DNA of 64,000 nucleotides from Ginglymostoma cirratum. Lineage: Eukaryota. Below, one piece after another: positions 37,649-51,001 of this stretch. The notes under the pieces were generated by a model, which did no database searches, was not told the origin of the DNA, and saw only the letters and a program-made list of their open reading frames with translations. The stretch's first letter is position 1, and every line of letters begins with the position of its first letter. The stretch is from assembly GCA_024137785.1 (NCBI GenBank), contig JAHRHZ010000061.1, positions 3,333,890 to 3,397,889 of the forward strand, read 5' to 3'. The translations under genes and the position numbers were made by a program.

Positions 37649-38711
37649 GTTCAGTATCTATCAGAGTGAAGCAGGAGCCCCACAATATTGAAAGAAGGTG
37701 AATGACTGGCATGGTATAAGGGTGGACATACCTTACGTTCACAGGATCCTTGCTCAGCCTAACTCTGCCACTGCACACACATCTCACTAAGAGTCATGAT
37801 GACAATTCTCAGCAATGTGTGCATCATGTCCACTCAACAGCTTTCACCCACCTCATCTGCCCAAATTACTAACATTTCCTGCCCTCTGAGCTTCCTATTC
37901 ACTAACTGGGTACATCTCACCAACTCTCCTACTTGTACATCACCACTAATTGGTCTCCCATCCATTTCCATCAGACTCAATCTTTCGATTTGTCTCATTG
38001 TAGGAGAAATTGGATCTTTCACTCCTCATTCCTAATAACCAGAAAATACTAGAAGTAGGCTGGGAAAAGCACAGAAAATCATGTCAGGATGGTGAGTCCT
38101 CAATGGGAAATACACTAGTGATTTCCATTGTGCTGTTATGCTCTGTTGTCCCATTAATACCAAAGTTAACTCATTCTTAATCAGTACAAGCTTTAATCCC
38201 TCTTCCACAACTAATTCTATCTCCCATGCAGGCATTGATCCAGCAAAACTTCACCAGGCAATGGTTAGCACCAGAGACCCTCAATTCCATTTACACCTCT
38301 GAGGAGGTTTTGATCTGCAGTCTTCCACCAGTTCAGAAACTTTCACCATGGCACGGCAGGCCAGGCAGCATCAAAGGTGCAGGAAAGATGATGTTTCAGG
38401 TTGGGACCCTTCTTTTGAAGAAACAGTGTGAGTGTTGAAGTGTCTCAAAAAAGTGTCACTTGAATTAAGCTAGCCGGAATCAGCTGATAAGCCTGGGACA
38501 AGGGATGGTTCAGAAGCCCTGCAGAGGACAGCACAAGCCCTAAGTGGCTCAAGAAATGTCATTTCATTTAAACAGTGCTGATGTCCAGCCTGCAGTGCTA
38601 GAAAGGGGCAGGACAGAACTCAATGGAGTTAGAAGGGCTGGACTTAAGCTAAAGCTATAAAAGAAAGTAAGAAAGGACCTGAGAAGGTGAAAAAAACTGA
38701 CAAGGCAGATT

Positions 38712-38888
38712 TAGAGATAACAAGGTGTAGAGCTGGATGAACACAGCAGGCCAAGCATTTCTGAAGAAGGGTCTAGGCCCAAAACGTCAGCCTTCCTGCT
38801 CCTCTGATGCTGCTTGGCCTGCTGTGTTCATCCGGCTCTATACCTTGTTATCTCAGATTCTCCAGCATCTGCAGTTCCTACTATCTCT
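38712..38888. mobile_element. Foldback Penelope-end insert with hammerhead-like core
   Basis: Inverted arms around CTGAAGAAGGGTCTAGGCCCAAAACGTC. Flanking repeat AAGGCAGAT(T/G)TAGAG at 38702 and 38889. Confidence 0.8.
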
Positions 38889-40143
38889 AAGGCAGATGTA
38901 GAGATCTGGTTAACAGATAGACTGATGTAAGTTTAAAGCAGGGACTGGAGGAGTTCTCAGATGGGGGAAGAGGAAGTGAAGATGAAGGCTTATTTATTGG
39001 ATGCAAAAGGGAGCAAAGCAGAGGCTAAACACCCACCTGATGGCAGTACTGTTCCAATACTGATCCACACGTTCTCACATAGCCATAACAATATGAGGTC
39101 CCTTCCAGAAAGTGAGCTGCTACTTCAGAATAGCAATGTCTGGCATATCACTCCTGGAGCCCGACTTTCTATGGCCACATACACTTTTACAGCACAGTAT
39201 AGTGTGGAGATGGGAGTGGCGATAGTAGAGAGTCTAATTTTCTTTCCATTACATGGCTGACGAAGAATCTCTCCTGATCTTATCACCTGCCTTTGGAAGG
39301 TTTTACAAGTTGACACTCATGCTGTTGGCCAGGTTTTGAATGCACTTTACTTGGACATCCGGTTTTAGGGTGGGATTCAAACCCACTGTCAGGGGTGCTA
39401 CCCAATGTACCACAAGACCTCCTTTAGCCAAGTTTATAGGTGGCATAACCAGTGTTCCTTGAAGGGGATGTTAAAGAAGAGACATTTCTATCTGTATATG
39501 GGGCCAGGAAGAGTCACTGTCGCTCTGACTGGCACCACAGTAGCCCAGAAAACCATTGTTGTCCTGATTTTTTTCTCCAACTGATCTACACCTCACCCGA
39601 TCACCAACCTCCCTTTTAATCATCTTCCGCATTTTCCAGGCCTACCTGAAGTAGTAGTAGATGGCAGTCCAATTTTGTCCTTGTGGAAGTGGAGAGCTGT
39701 TTGTAGTTGCCCAGCTGTTGTACACTGATCGCTGACAATATGATGAAGCCTACTGCCTAAGTTCAGGTGAGGTTAATTATCTTTCCAGCAGGAGATGGGG
39801 CAAAGCATCAAACAAGACTGCATCTAAAAATAAATTGCTGATTTGGCATTCCCAGCGTAGAACCATGAAAGAATATTAGAAACTTTGCTTTAAGAACGAC
39901 TATGTTTTCTCGCAGTTATTTTAACTGTTTAGAAATTAGTGAGAGGGCACACGGAATTTCTAACAGGAACTCTTAACAACAGGTGGGTCTCCTGCTGTAC
40001 AAAGAGCTGGAACATGACTCACGTTAACTAGATAAATCCACTCAACTGAACAAACCACCTACTGCATTATGGTAAACAGAGCACTCTTTTATATGCCACT
40101 GATGAACAAACAGCAAAGACTTTGGCTTCAAAATATCACTTAC

Positions 40144-40196
40144 GTTACAATGTAGTTAATTCTACTGAACAGCACATGCAGTTCCTGACTTATATA
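40144..40196 (-). promoter_or_regulatory. Candidate core promoter (TATA + Inr) and 23-nt non-coding first exon of copy A
   Basis: Minus strand: TATATAA at 40196-40190, Inr-like TCAGT with its A at 40166 (30 nt from the first T of the TATA), then consensus donor AAC|gtaagt at 40143. Confidence 0.45.
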
Positions 40197-41139
40197 AAGT
40201 AACTCAACCAGTGAGGTTAATTGCAGATTTTTTTAAAAAGCCAGGAACATTGTGAACCCGAAAGTGATATTATCACAAATTGTCAATTTGAAACTGTTGA
40301 TAGGAATGCCAATATCTGCCCAGCGTTCCATACTGTAAGCTTCAATGGACTCTTACATAACTACGTTTCACACAGAGTCAGGAATTTAAGTGTGAGGCAA
40401 TTTCTTCCTTACATCTGTGTGTTTCAAAGGATCCCTGAGATCTTAGCTGTAAGCATGAGGTTTATGAATGTGAGAAGTAGGAAAAAGAACCTTTCTACTT
40501 CTGTGCAAAGTTGAGTGCTTAACAGTTGACACTTTTCCCTTCCCTATCTTTATCTATTGCTCTTCTGAGCAATTGTAAGATTCAGCCAGCAATGGTTAAA
40601 ACACCAAATCTCAGGTGGACACCCTGGCAAATTCTAACATCCCCCAATAAACAAGAGCTACCAACAGCATTTTGTGAAAATGTACATTTTTTAAAAAAAA
40701 ATTATGAATAATGGACAAATAAAAATAAACACCATGTTTAAAAGTTGCCATATGGAGATTCCATAAACAGGATTTGGGCTAATTAAAAGCCATGGTGAGG
40801 GGATGCGTGGTCTTTGGGAAAAGCAAGGTCAGGTGGTGTAAAGGATACTGATTGGACCTCAGGCCATTCAAAGGCTGGTAATGGTGGGGTGGGATAGCAG
40901 GCCGAGTGGGGTACATTTGGGGCTTAGTTAGCAGATTGATAGCAGAGGAGTGGGAGCGATCAGGTCTCAGACTGGGGGAGTGTTAGAATTTGCTGGGGAA
41001 GGGACTGTGTAAGTGTACAGGAGATAGATAATGTTAGCCTAAGGGGAGGGTTTAAGCTTGGGTAGATAGAAGGGGATGTAGTCAAGGGAGATGTGCATTC
41101 TTGTGAGTGAACAACGACAGGCTTTATTGCACAGAACTA

Positions 41140-42135
41140 TACAGGGAAGAAGAGGCAGAAGAGGCTCTTTGGTCCATTAAATCTGCACTGACCTATTTGC
41201 ACTAATTCCACCACTTGACCCATAGCTTTAGGACATTTCAAATGCTCATCTATGTACTTTTTAAAGGTTGTGAGGTTTTCTACCTCAGCTGCCCTCCCAG
41301 GAAGTGCATTCCAGATTCTCAGCACCCTCTGGGGGTAAAGATTTATCCTCAGAATCTTCTAAACCTCCTTGTCTTTACTTTAAACTTATGCCCCCTTGTT
41401 ATTCACAGTTCAATTAAGAGAGACAGCTGCTTTCTATCCAACTTGCCCATGCCATAATTGTCATAATTTATACACCTCAGTCTGATGTCCTCTGAGCTTT
41501 CTCTGCTCTAGAGAAAACAATTTGTGTCTGTCTAGCCTCTCTTCTTAGCTAAAATGCTCCAATCCAGGCAACATCCTGGTGAATCTTCTCTGTACCTTCT
41601 GAAGTACAATCACATCCTTCCTATAATGTGGCGATCAGAACTGCACACAGTATACTCTAGCTATGACCTAACCAAGGTTTTGTATCACTCCAACATAACC
41701 TCCTTGCTCTGATTATCCACAACATGGCTGATAAAGGCCTTCTTAACCACCTTATTAACCACCATCAGGGTTCAGTGGACAAGCAATCCAAGATCCTACG
41801 AACTTTTGAGTGTCCTGCTATTCATTGAGCACTCCCTTATGTTGTTACTTCTTCCAATGTGCATCACCTCACATTTACAAGGGTTAAATTCCTTCTGCCA
41901 CTGACGGTCCATCTGACCGAACCATTTATATCTTCCTGAAATCTAAGATCTTCTTCTTCCTCACTATCAACAACATGGCCAAACTTTGTGTCACCTTCAA
42001 ACTTACTTATTATCCTCCCCACACTCTCATCTATATCATTTATATCTATCACAGTTGGCATCCAGGCACACAGCTTTCAGCCAACACCCTCTGTCTCCTA
42101 TCACTAAGCCAGTTTTGGATCCATCTTGCCAAGTT
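41140..42135 (-). mobile_element. CR1 LINE fragment
   Basis: INDIDESVGRIISKFEGDTK (41864-42061) and RIWNALPGRAAEVENLTTFKKYID (41137-41325). Confidence 0.85.
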
Positions 42136-42139
42136 AGAA

Positions 42140-45100
42140 AGCCATGAGCAGTTGAGGAACAGTTTTTGCAGTTGGGTCTATGTGCCTGTGGTTGGTCATT
42201 CACTTCTATCACAGACAATCGAGGTGGTAACTGCTCCGTGCAGGTTCCAAGTTGCCATTTGAGCTGGCTTTTGTTGAGCTTATTGAAGATTTGTACCCTG
42301 GCAACTCTGGCAACGGTTTAGTAGCCTTGTCAAAATGAAATTTGTCTTTCTGCCATTTCACCTAGACTTTTTCACCCACGACTATTACTACTTCTGGCTT
42401 CAGTGGCCATATTTGCCTTTGGAAATGTAATTTGTGCAACATTCGTTTTTGTACTTGACTACTTTCTATACCTTCAGTTGCTGGCCAAGGATTGCTCTGT
42501 GTATACTTATGCAGAATTTGTTTGATTTCTTTATGATTCCTTTGGCAATTTTCATTGCATCTGCACCCTTGATGTACATACACCCAGTTGACCTTGCTGC
42601 ATTAGGGTTAATCCAAATCCTGTGTTGCTGGCATCAAACTACAGGATGCCATCATCATTTATGCTATTTTTTTCAGCATGATTACTCACTTGATGATAGC
42701 GAATGCTGCTTGTTGTTCTGTCCTCCAGTAGCACTGCACTTCCTTGGCTGTGAGTTGAAGTAATCGTTCATACTCCACGATAAATCAGGCAAGAATTTTG
42801 CCAAATAGTTAATGAATCCAACAAATTGTTGCACTGTCTTTATACCTGTTGATTGTTGTACCACTTCAACAGCTCTCACCTTTTTGGGAAGTGAGCAAAG
42901 AGCTTTCTAGTTACTTTGTAGCCTATGTGCTTGACTGTAGGCACTTTTAATTGCAATTCTTTTTTGTTCAACTTCAGGTCCTGTTCTGCATTGTTGAGCA
43001 GTCTCACTAGATTTTGATCATGGTCAGCAATGACTTCTTTCACTGTAGCTTTAACTCCAGGAAGATTACTAACTATCTCATGAGGTCAACATTGATATTC
43101 TTCTGAAGCAGAGAAAGTGGTAAAGGGTATCCAAAATGTATTTAGAATGCTGCTGCTTTCGTCTTGCTCCATTTGCCAGGATGGTGAAGGATTTTTAAAA
43201 CCAAAAGAACTGCGGATGCTGGAAGTTAGAAACAAAAACAAATTGATAGAAAAACTCAATACGTCTGGCAGCATCTATGGAGAGAAATCAGAGTTAATGT
43301 TTTGGGCCATTCTGATGAAGGGTCCCTGGACCTAAAACATTAATTCTGATTTCTTTCCATAGATGCTGCCAGACCCGCTGAGATTTTCCAGATATTTCTG
43401 TTGAAGATCTTTGCCTTTACAAGTTGTAACAAAATTCTTTCAGTAGTTGTCATAGGGTAATAGATTTCTTTGGTGCTTTATTTAGATTCTTTGAGTCAAT
43501 CCATACCCTCAGCTTTCCAGGTTGTTTCACTGCTAGCACATTACTAATCCATTCTGTAGGAGTTATCACTTCCTTGATTATTCCTTTTGTTTCTAGCTCT
43601 TCCAACTTGTATTTCAGGTAGACATTGAGGGCAGCTGGAATGTTTCCTACCTGATGCTGAATTAATCCTACAGTCTAATTCCCGAAGATATTCTCCCGGA
43701 AGACATCCTAGGATGCACTCTATGGTCAACGTCTTAGTGTGCAAATCTACTTTGGCACATTGAGGGTTATCAGTTCAAGTTTTCGACTTGCTTCAGCTGA
43801 GATGATTGGCATTTGATTGCAGTTTATGATTTGGGACAACTGATCTCGTTCATGTAATTTATCCCCCTGGAATGAGAATGGTTCCATCATACAGTCTTTC
43901 CCTTACTTTGAGGACTTCATTTTTGGATTGCGATGTTGCACCATTTTGCACAGGTGAGTGAAGGTCTTGAATGATGGACCAGTCTATCTGGCCTTTTATG
44001 AAGATCTGATAATGTCCTTCTGTAATCTTCATTCCAACAGTCACAAACCATGTCAGACCTAACAACATGATTGAACTTTGTATGTAGTGTAGTTATTCAT
44101 CAAAATCTTCAGCTGCTACCTTTCCATTGGAAATCTATTCCTGCTTAGATTGCCTCATTTTAGCCATACACTTGCAAGCAATTATATTTGGCTTTTTGAA
44201 GTGAGAATATTTGTTCCCCCATGTTGGACAGACCTTCTTCTCTTTGGCATAATACCTCCAGCAGTATTTACATTCTACGCTTTGTGATTGTTCCAGATGT
44301 TCTCTAATCAACCTGTTCAGTGATGTTATTACACACCTCCGGAGTAGATGGAACTTGAACACCGGCCTCCTGGCTCAGAGGCAGAGGTATGACCACTGTG
44401 CCACAAGAACCCTCCCTGTATCTGTTAGGAAAAGGCAAGGCAAGTTTGTTCTGCCATGAATGTGCTCTAGCTGTCAATTTACAATCCTGGCACTTAGACA
44501 TAGGTCAGTCACACTTATATCTGCATGTTTGTCTTCTCTCATTTGGGGCCTTATCACTTTTGGATCCCTTATTTCTAATTCAGTCCTGTCTGTAATTGGC
44601 TTCTCTTTTATTTGCTCAGATTCACAGGATTCGGCAGGTTGAGTCAGTGATGTTACAACATGATCAATGGATTATTTTTCACATTGTTCCCTTGTGTTGA
44701 ATATATACTGTTCATATGTAAATCTTACTTGGGGTTGAAAGCATGCCCTCAGAGCTTTAAAAATTTCTGCTGCCTGTTGTTTTTTCAGCTTTTGAGAGAG
44801 ATTTCTGAAAGAATCACAGAATCCCCACAGTGTAGCAGCCCATTGAGTCCATGCTAACCCTCTGAAGAGCATCCCACCCAGACTCACCCTCCTGCCCGAT
44901 CCCTGAAATCCTGCATTTCCCATAGCTAACCCACCTAGCCTGCACATCTCCGGATACTATGGGCAATTTAGCATGGCCAGTCCACCTAACCTACACATCT
45001 GTGGACTGTGGGAGGAAACCAGAGCATCTGAAGAAAACCCATTCAGGGTGGAATTTGTTTTGAAATTCTCATTCCAACAGTTATGAAAGTGTTGTAACTT

Positions 45101-45498
45101 GTAACTGTTCAGGTTTGCTCAATAAAGCCATTGCAATGGCATAATTCTTCCATTGTTCCAGGAAGAACTCTCAGTTTGGCCTTATATCCCCACAAATTTG
45201 AACAGGAGCTGAGAGGGGAAAAGGCTGCAGCAATATTGTCTTAAACAACGCTTTTGCTGTGATCAACGGTCCATTCTAGTTTTTTGCATGGCAGCTCACA
45301 ACTCTGCAGCCTTGCTTTCTATTTCAGCTCTGAACATTCACCCCAGTACCTCTTCTGACACCATGTTTCAAATGTACAAGCCAGCAGTGTTAAACAATAA
45401 CATGTTATTGAAGAGAAGCTTAAGATGTCTGCCTGCATGATGTGTGCCTCATAGTAGACGTCAAATGACTATGGCAGTCTAGGACAGACATTTGTACA
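42140..45498 (-). mobile_element. Decayed Gypsy LTR retrotransposon (5' LTR ~45364-45498, gag and pol remnants) with nested inserts
   Basis: PBS TGGTGTCAGAAG at 45352-45363, gag FTYEQYIFNTREQ, Zn-knuckle-like CKYC...CPTWG, pol VQQFVGFINYLAKFLPDLS. Interrupted by a Penelope-end insert (~43197-43401), a SINE (~44305-44415) and HE1 (~44812-45045). Confidence 0.78.
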
Positions 45499-46115
45499 TG
45501 ATTGCATTCCAATCCAACCAAAGAAAAAGTATAGGTACTACAATTAGCCGCTTTCTGTGGACTAAAAGGAAGAAAGTGAAATTTATTGCTGCAATTCATT
45601 TTCCTCCAGTTTTGAGGTAATTGCATTGATAGAGAAAGAGATGTTTCCTTCAGCTGTCTACACTTATTTCTTCCCACTTATAACGAACAGGCCATTATTT
45701 CTTGCATTCGACTAAGAGATTGATTGCAGTACTGTGAGCTGCTCACCAGTTGATATGCTTACCTGTCCATGGAAAAACTTGCAAACATCACACCGTCAGA
45801 TTGTTACATTCAGGGTAAACTAAGTCAAGTTTATTTGCAAGCAGGATAATTATACCGAATCTGAGTCATTTTAAGAACTTCTTCAAATTAAGAACAAAAG
45901 CTTTCATTAAACTAAACAGAAGGTCATCAAAATATTGAATAAATCAGTGCTGAGTATATTTGGTTGCTTTCAGTAACTGAGATGTGATCATTTGAAGATT
46001 CAAGTATTGCCAAGCTGAATAATCTCTTGGCCATATGTTATTCCATTTGTTTAAGACAGATCCATAACTAGAAAGTACAGTTGCATTGGTAGAAAATCAA
46101 TAGGCTACAACCACT

Positions 46116-46155
46116 GAGTTCTGAGGAAGGGTCACCGGACCCGAAACGTTAACTC
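46116..46155 (+). ncRNA. Minimal type I hammerhead ribozyme
   Basis: Stem I GAGTT/AACTC, core CTGAGGA(A), stem II GGGTC-ACCG-GACCC, GAAAC, palindromic stem III AACGTT with a GUU cleavage triplet. Confidence 0.72.
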
Positions 46156-46257
46156 TGACTTTTTCTTCACAAATGCTGCCAGACCCGCTGAGCTTTTCCA
46201 GCAACTTCATTTTTTTGTTCCTGATTTACAGCATCCGCAGTTCTTTTGGTTTTTACT
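46117..46257 (+). mobile_element. Short Penelope-end insert beginning at a hammerhead ribozyme
   Basis: 16-bp TSD TAGGCTACAACCACTG at 46101-46116 and 46258-46273. Confidence 0.85.
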
Positions 46258-49200
46258 TAGGCTACAACCACTGTCTGGCTTTTATTGTCAGAAGTTGCAC
46301 AACACCAGGTTATAGTCCAACAAGTGTACTTGAAATCACAAGCTTTCACAGAGCTGCTCCTTTGTCACTTCATATACGAAGGAGCAGTGCTTTGAAAATT
46401 TATGATTTCAAATAAACCTGTTGGATTATAACCTGGTGTTGTCCAACCTCTGATGTCGTCCATCCCAAACTAACACTGGTACCTCCTCCTCATGGCTTTT
46501 ACTGCAAGCAGGAAGCTGGTTAAGTACAGAAAATGGATTTTCTCTCAGTTTTTCAGAATGTTGTGGCAGAAGAATTATCTTTTCTAGTTCTTGTATATTT
46601 TTGTCAGGGTTTTGAAACAATAAAGATCCTAAAGATTCAGATTTTAGGGCAAATGACCAAAAACAAATTTCAGAATTACATGGTTGCTGTGTATTTGTAA
46701 TTGATGTGGCAATGCTTATTTTGTCCCTTGTAACACATGTGGCTGGGTGAGTATCAGGCTATGTGGTTACAAGGAGCAGTATATTTTCATCAGCATGTCA
46801 TGCTTTAAGCGGCCTGAATTAAAATGGAGTCTGAAGCCTTTGTACCCTCACTATAACACACTAATGATGTCATGTGCATGACTCCTAAAGGTAGACTGAC
46901 ATAGTATGTCTCTGAAAGGTTTGCTGACGGTGAGGCATAACACAATAACAGGATGGTCCTGAAGTCAACCAATTGGAGTTGGTTCACATGAGACTTCAAG
47001 AGCAACAATGGTGTAGGCAGATAAAAGGACAGCCTGACTCCCTGCTCGTTGAACAGCTCTAAGGTCTTATTACGGATAATACATGGTGAGTGCGCAGAGC
47101 AAGGTCGAAGGCTCCTGAGTCCCATCTGCAAACATCATGATGTGCTGCTCATATCAGTTATCGTACATACTTCCTGACAATGTGCAGATATCCTTTACAA
47201 TGTTCAACTCAACAGCAAGGGCATTCTCACTTTGATGTAAGGTATGTGTTGCTTATAAATATAATTTATTTTAGAAGTTGAATTTTGAAATAAACCCCCT
47301 AATAGTATGAAGAAGTTAATGATCAACATTTTAGTATTTCTGGAACCTTTTTTTTTGTTAAACTAGTATGACAGATGGAATCTCTGGTATGAAATTGGGA
47401 ATTTGCATTATAAGAATTTTACAACTGGACAGAGTAACCATTTAAAGAAAAGCTTGTGTTTGGTTTAGAAGGGCCAGGAATTGATTATCTTATTTGGGTA
47501 AAAAAGAAACCACAGATTTAGAAATTTTGGTATCATTTTGCACATGTCCTTTTTAAAGTTGTATGTAAGAACTGTTTCTCTTGGAGTTAAACAGTTAGTT
47601 TAGAACAGTTAAAGAATAGATTACCTCAGTTTAAGAATTTTAGCTTGAAATTCCACACCAAAAGGGTCTGAATATTTGAAGCTGAGAAAGTCTAATCTCA
47701 GTTATACGGATAAACAAGGATGAGTTATCAAACTTCATGCTCATTCTCAGTCTACAGAAGATTAAGCATCATCCTGAAGGATCCTACCCACCTCACCTCC
47801 CTCCTGGCTCTCAGCTGGGGAAAAGAATGCTTTATCATCTGCAAAGAAGGAAGGACATTACATTGGATGGGGTCGCTGTACCTGGCAGCAGTGGTGGCTG
47901 TGGTTGTTGAGAGCCCAGCCTTGTCACAATTCCATTACACCTGAGGAGCATTCCTTAGGTGCAATCAACTACGAAGAGGAGAAATTGAGATACGTCATGA
48001 TTAAACCTCCCATCTGCTTTGGATGTTTCCATCCTTCAATGCTTTTGCAAGATAGTCTTTCAAATGCCTGAGATTGATTGATTTGAAGGAGAGATAGGGG
48101 AAGACAATATAGTTGACCAAGCTCACTAACTACAGGGATACAGAGACAAGGTCCTTTCCTTCAGCTTGCTTGTATGCATTAAAGCTGCGCTGTAGATATG
48201 ACAGGCTACTGTTGTTCTCAAAACCCCTTTCCAACACTTTAAAAATCCTTTCTCACTTATTGGAACATTTCTACCTCTTCCTATTGTTCACTAATAAACA
48301 TTACCCCATAAATGTTTACCACAAATGTTGTTGGCTCACTCACTTGAGATCCCTGGGCACTAGTAGCAGATGATATTCCTCTTAAGCTGCATGGCAATGT
48401 GAAAAAACAATAGACAGAACAGAGGAAGCAGATGGCTTGATGCCAAATTGGTCTGTTGTTATTATCTTAGCTGATGTTACTGCTGGAGAAGTCAGATCAC
48501 AGACTGAAATATGACTCGACTGATGGTATTCTTTTCTAATTAACAAGGTGGTCATTCACTGAAACAGGCACATAAGTATGCAGAGTTTCTTTAACAATAA
48601 AACAAAATATAATTGCCCAAAATAAAAAAAATAAAATAAACCAAGTTTTCTGAATATAGAACATGGTTGAAAATTTTTATGTGGCAAAGCAGTCTCACTT
48701 AATCCCCAACAACGTCATTATTTAGTGTTTCAATCAACAGCAAATCTTTCAGTTTGCTTCTTCCCCATTCCATATTTTGAACTATGAAGTCTTCTCCCAT
48801 GAATACTCACTTTCTCAATCTTTCAATAACTTTTAGAATCCTAAATAAACACTCCTGATTTGGAAGTGTTGCGTGATAAAATATTATACCAAGGTAACTG
48901 CATGTACCATGAATTGCACTATTCCCTTTTTTTGGAAAGAAACTATATATTTGCTTCTGATCCTTGTCAAGTGTTCTTCCATAATGCCCTAAAAACTTCC
49001 AATTGCTTTTTTTTTTAAATGCTAAATGCAATCCTTAATTATTCTAACCCAACGGCAAGATAATGCCTTTCAATGTTTACTCCCGGTGTCATAAACCTGA
49101 CATCATCAACAATCTTCCATGAGCACTCTGAAAGGGTATAGTCGCCTGACACAAAATCAGAAATTGCTGGAGAAGCTCAGCAGGTCTGGTAGCAACAGTG

Positions 49201-49756
49201 GAAAGAAAGCAGAGTCATTGTTTCAGGTGAATGGCCTTTCTTCAGGTTGCTGTCTGACACATACTGGATTTGATCATTGTTCCAATGTTCTTCACCTTGT
49301 TTCTTTTTTACATAAGGTCTTCTTGAAAGGAATCAACACCCATATGTCACTAGGTTGAAATCCTAATTCTAAAGAGATTAATATATGTGAATATAAATCA
49401 CATATCTATCATCACTCTGTAAATAAGTCTGGAAATGAAACATGGGAGTGGGAATTGATGATAGTGAGATGGTGTGAACTGTGGATCTGTGGAGCCTGAA
49501 ATATTTGTGAAGCCACAAAAAAAATGAATTGGAAAAAATTCTGGCATCAGTCTTTGAGGGTCACTTGCTGGGATGCACAGTTCGCCCACTTGTCCCTTGA
49601 GATTTTAATTGGGCCTTACCTGCATCACAGTCACTTGATTTAATTAGAACATTGCTAACTGTCTGAAATAGCTGGACAATCAGCAACATATTGTAACGCC
49701 CCAAATAAATATTAGCAGTCAGAGCATTATCAGCAAGACAGCAATAAGTCGAGCAG

Positions 49757-49838
49757 ACAACAAGGTGTGGAGCTTGATGAACACAGCAGGCCAAGCAGCA
49801 TCATAGGAGCAGGAAAGCTTGACGTTTTGGGCCTAGAC
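49757..49838 (-). mobile_element. Very short Penelope-end insert
   Basis: 15-bp TSD CAATAAGTCGAGCAG at 49742-49756 and 49839-49853. Truncated within hammerhead stem II. Confidence 0.8.
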
Positions 49839-50456
49839 CAATAAGTCGAGCAGTTTCACTTTGAAAGAGTTATTATACCACTAATGCTGGTTTTGAAAAA
49901 TAGAATAGAGGCCAATGTATAGAGGATAAATACAAAGCTGGAGATCAAAATTTTTATAAATAAATTATGCAATCACTTGGTATACTTCTCCCACATTGAA
50001 GGATGGCAAGAAAGGGCAACCTGTACTTAGCAACGTCACTTAAAATGTTGAAAAATAATCACTTATTTTAAAAAGTAATATAGGAGTTTTGCTCCAGGAC
50101 AAAACTTCCACTTAAGATTCTGACACTGCTGTGTCAAGGTTCATTCCATATCATTCCAAGAGGAAAAGTCAATAAAAAGATGGTAATACTTGGAAATGAT
50201 GAACTGGAGCTCCATTTTAAAGCATATGGTAAGGTCGCACTAGTAAGTCACATTCACAGGTTTTACTGCTCTTTTTTTGCAGTCATGCCACCAAGGGAGA
50301 GCCCCAAGGGAAATAACTTCAATTCATATTAAGTTAAGACGTTCCAAACTTTAGGAGTTTTGATGGCATTGTAATTTTTCATTGTACATTAAATCAACTG
50401 AAATTTCATGATTACCAAAAACTACTGGAACAAATCTAAAATGGCATTTAACACTT

Positions 50457-51001
50457 TTACAATGGACACACATATGAAAGAAACACATCTACTTCATTCT
50501 TTATAATGATCCTCTTGGGGTGTAATTCATGGGGCAGGTAATGTGCTACCGTCATCTCCCAGGCATCTACAAATGCCACTTTGATGCCCTCAAACATCTT
50601 TCTCATCACTAAGTCAAGTTGATAGGCATACCAGTCACTGTTGTAGAGACTGACCTCCCGAGGAAGGGCCTGGACATTGGCAGTTTTTATTACAACCATC
50701 GTATCTGGGCTCCTTTCCAGCAATCGTAGAATTGACCTGCGGACATTCTGGATCCTTCGGATGTATGGTTCAACTGGAAAAGTGTTGAAATGACACCAAA
50801 TGGTGAAGGCTATAACAGTGTTCTTTCCACCTTTAATATCATCCAGTTTATTTGCGATGAGTGGTAGGTCCTGAATTGAAATGGGGAGGATTCGAATCGG
50901 TGGGCCATGAGCATAATATTCCACCTTGATCTTGTTGTCTATATCCAAAGCAAGATGTGGTCCAGTATTTTTAGAATTGCCAAGATCAAACTTCCTCAGA
51001 C
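50457..51001 (-). CDS. NXPE3: NXPE3-like gene copy B, terminal coding exon
   Basis: Acceptor ttttag|GT at 51002-51003. Encodes GLRKFDLGNSKNTGPHLALD...AHYLPHELHPKRIIIKNEVDVFLSYVCPL*. Colinear with 4514-5058, and similarity continues about 110 nt into the 3' UTR. Confidence 0.93.

Noticed and set aside
45755-45830. Strong minus-strand donor CAG|gtaagc at 45762 as an alternative 5' exon
   Set aside because: No clear acceptor or promoter motif; cannot be told from chance without transcripts.
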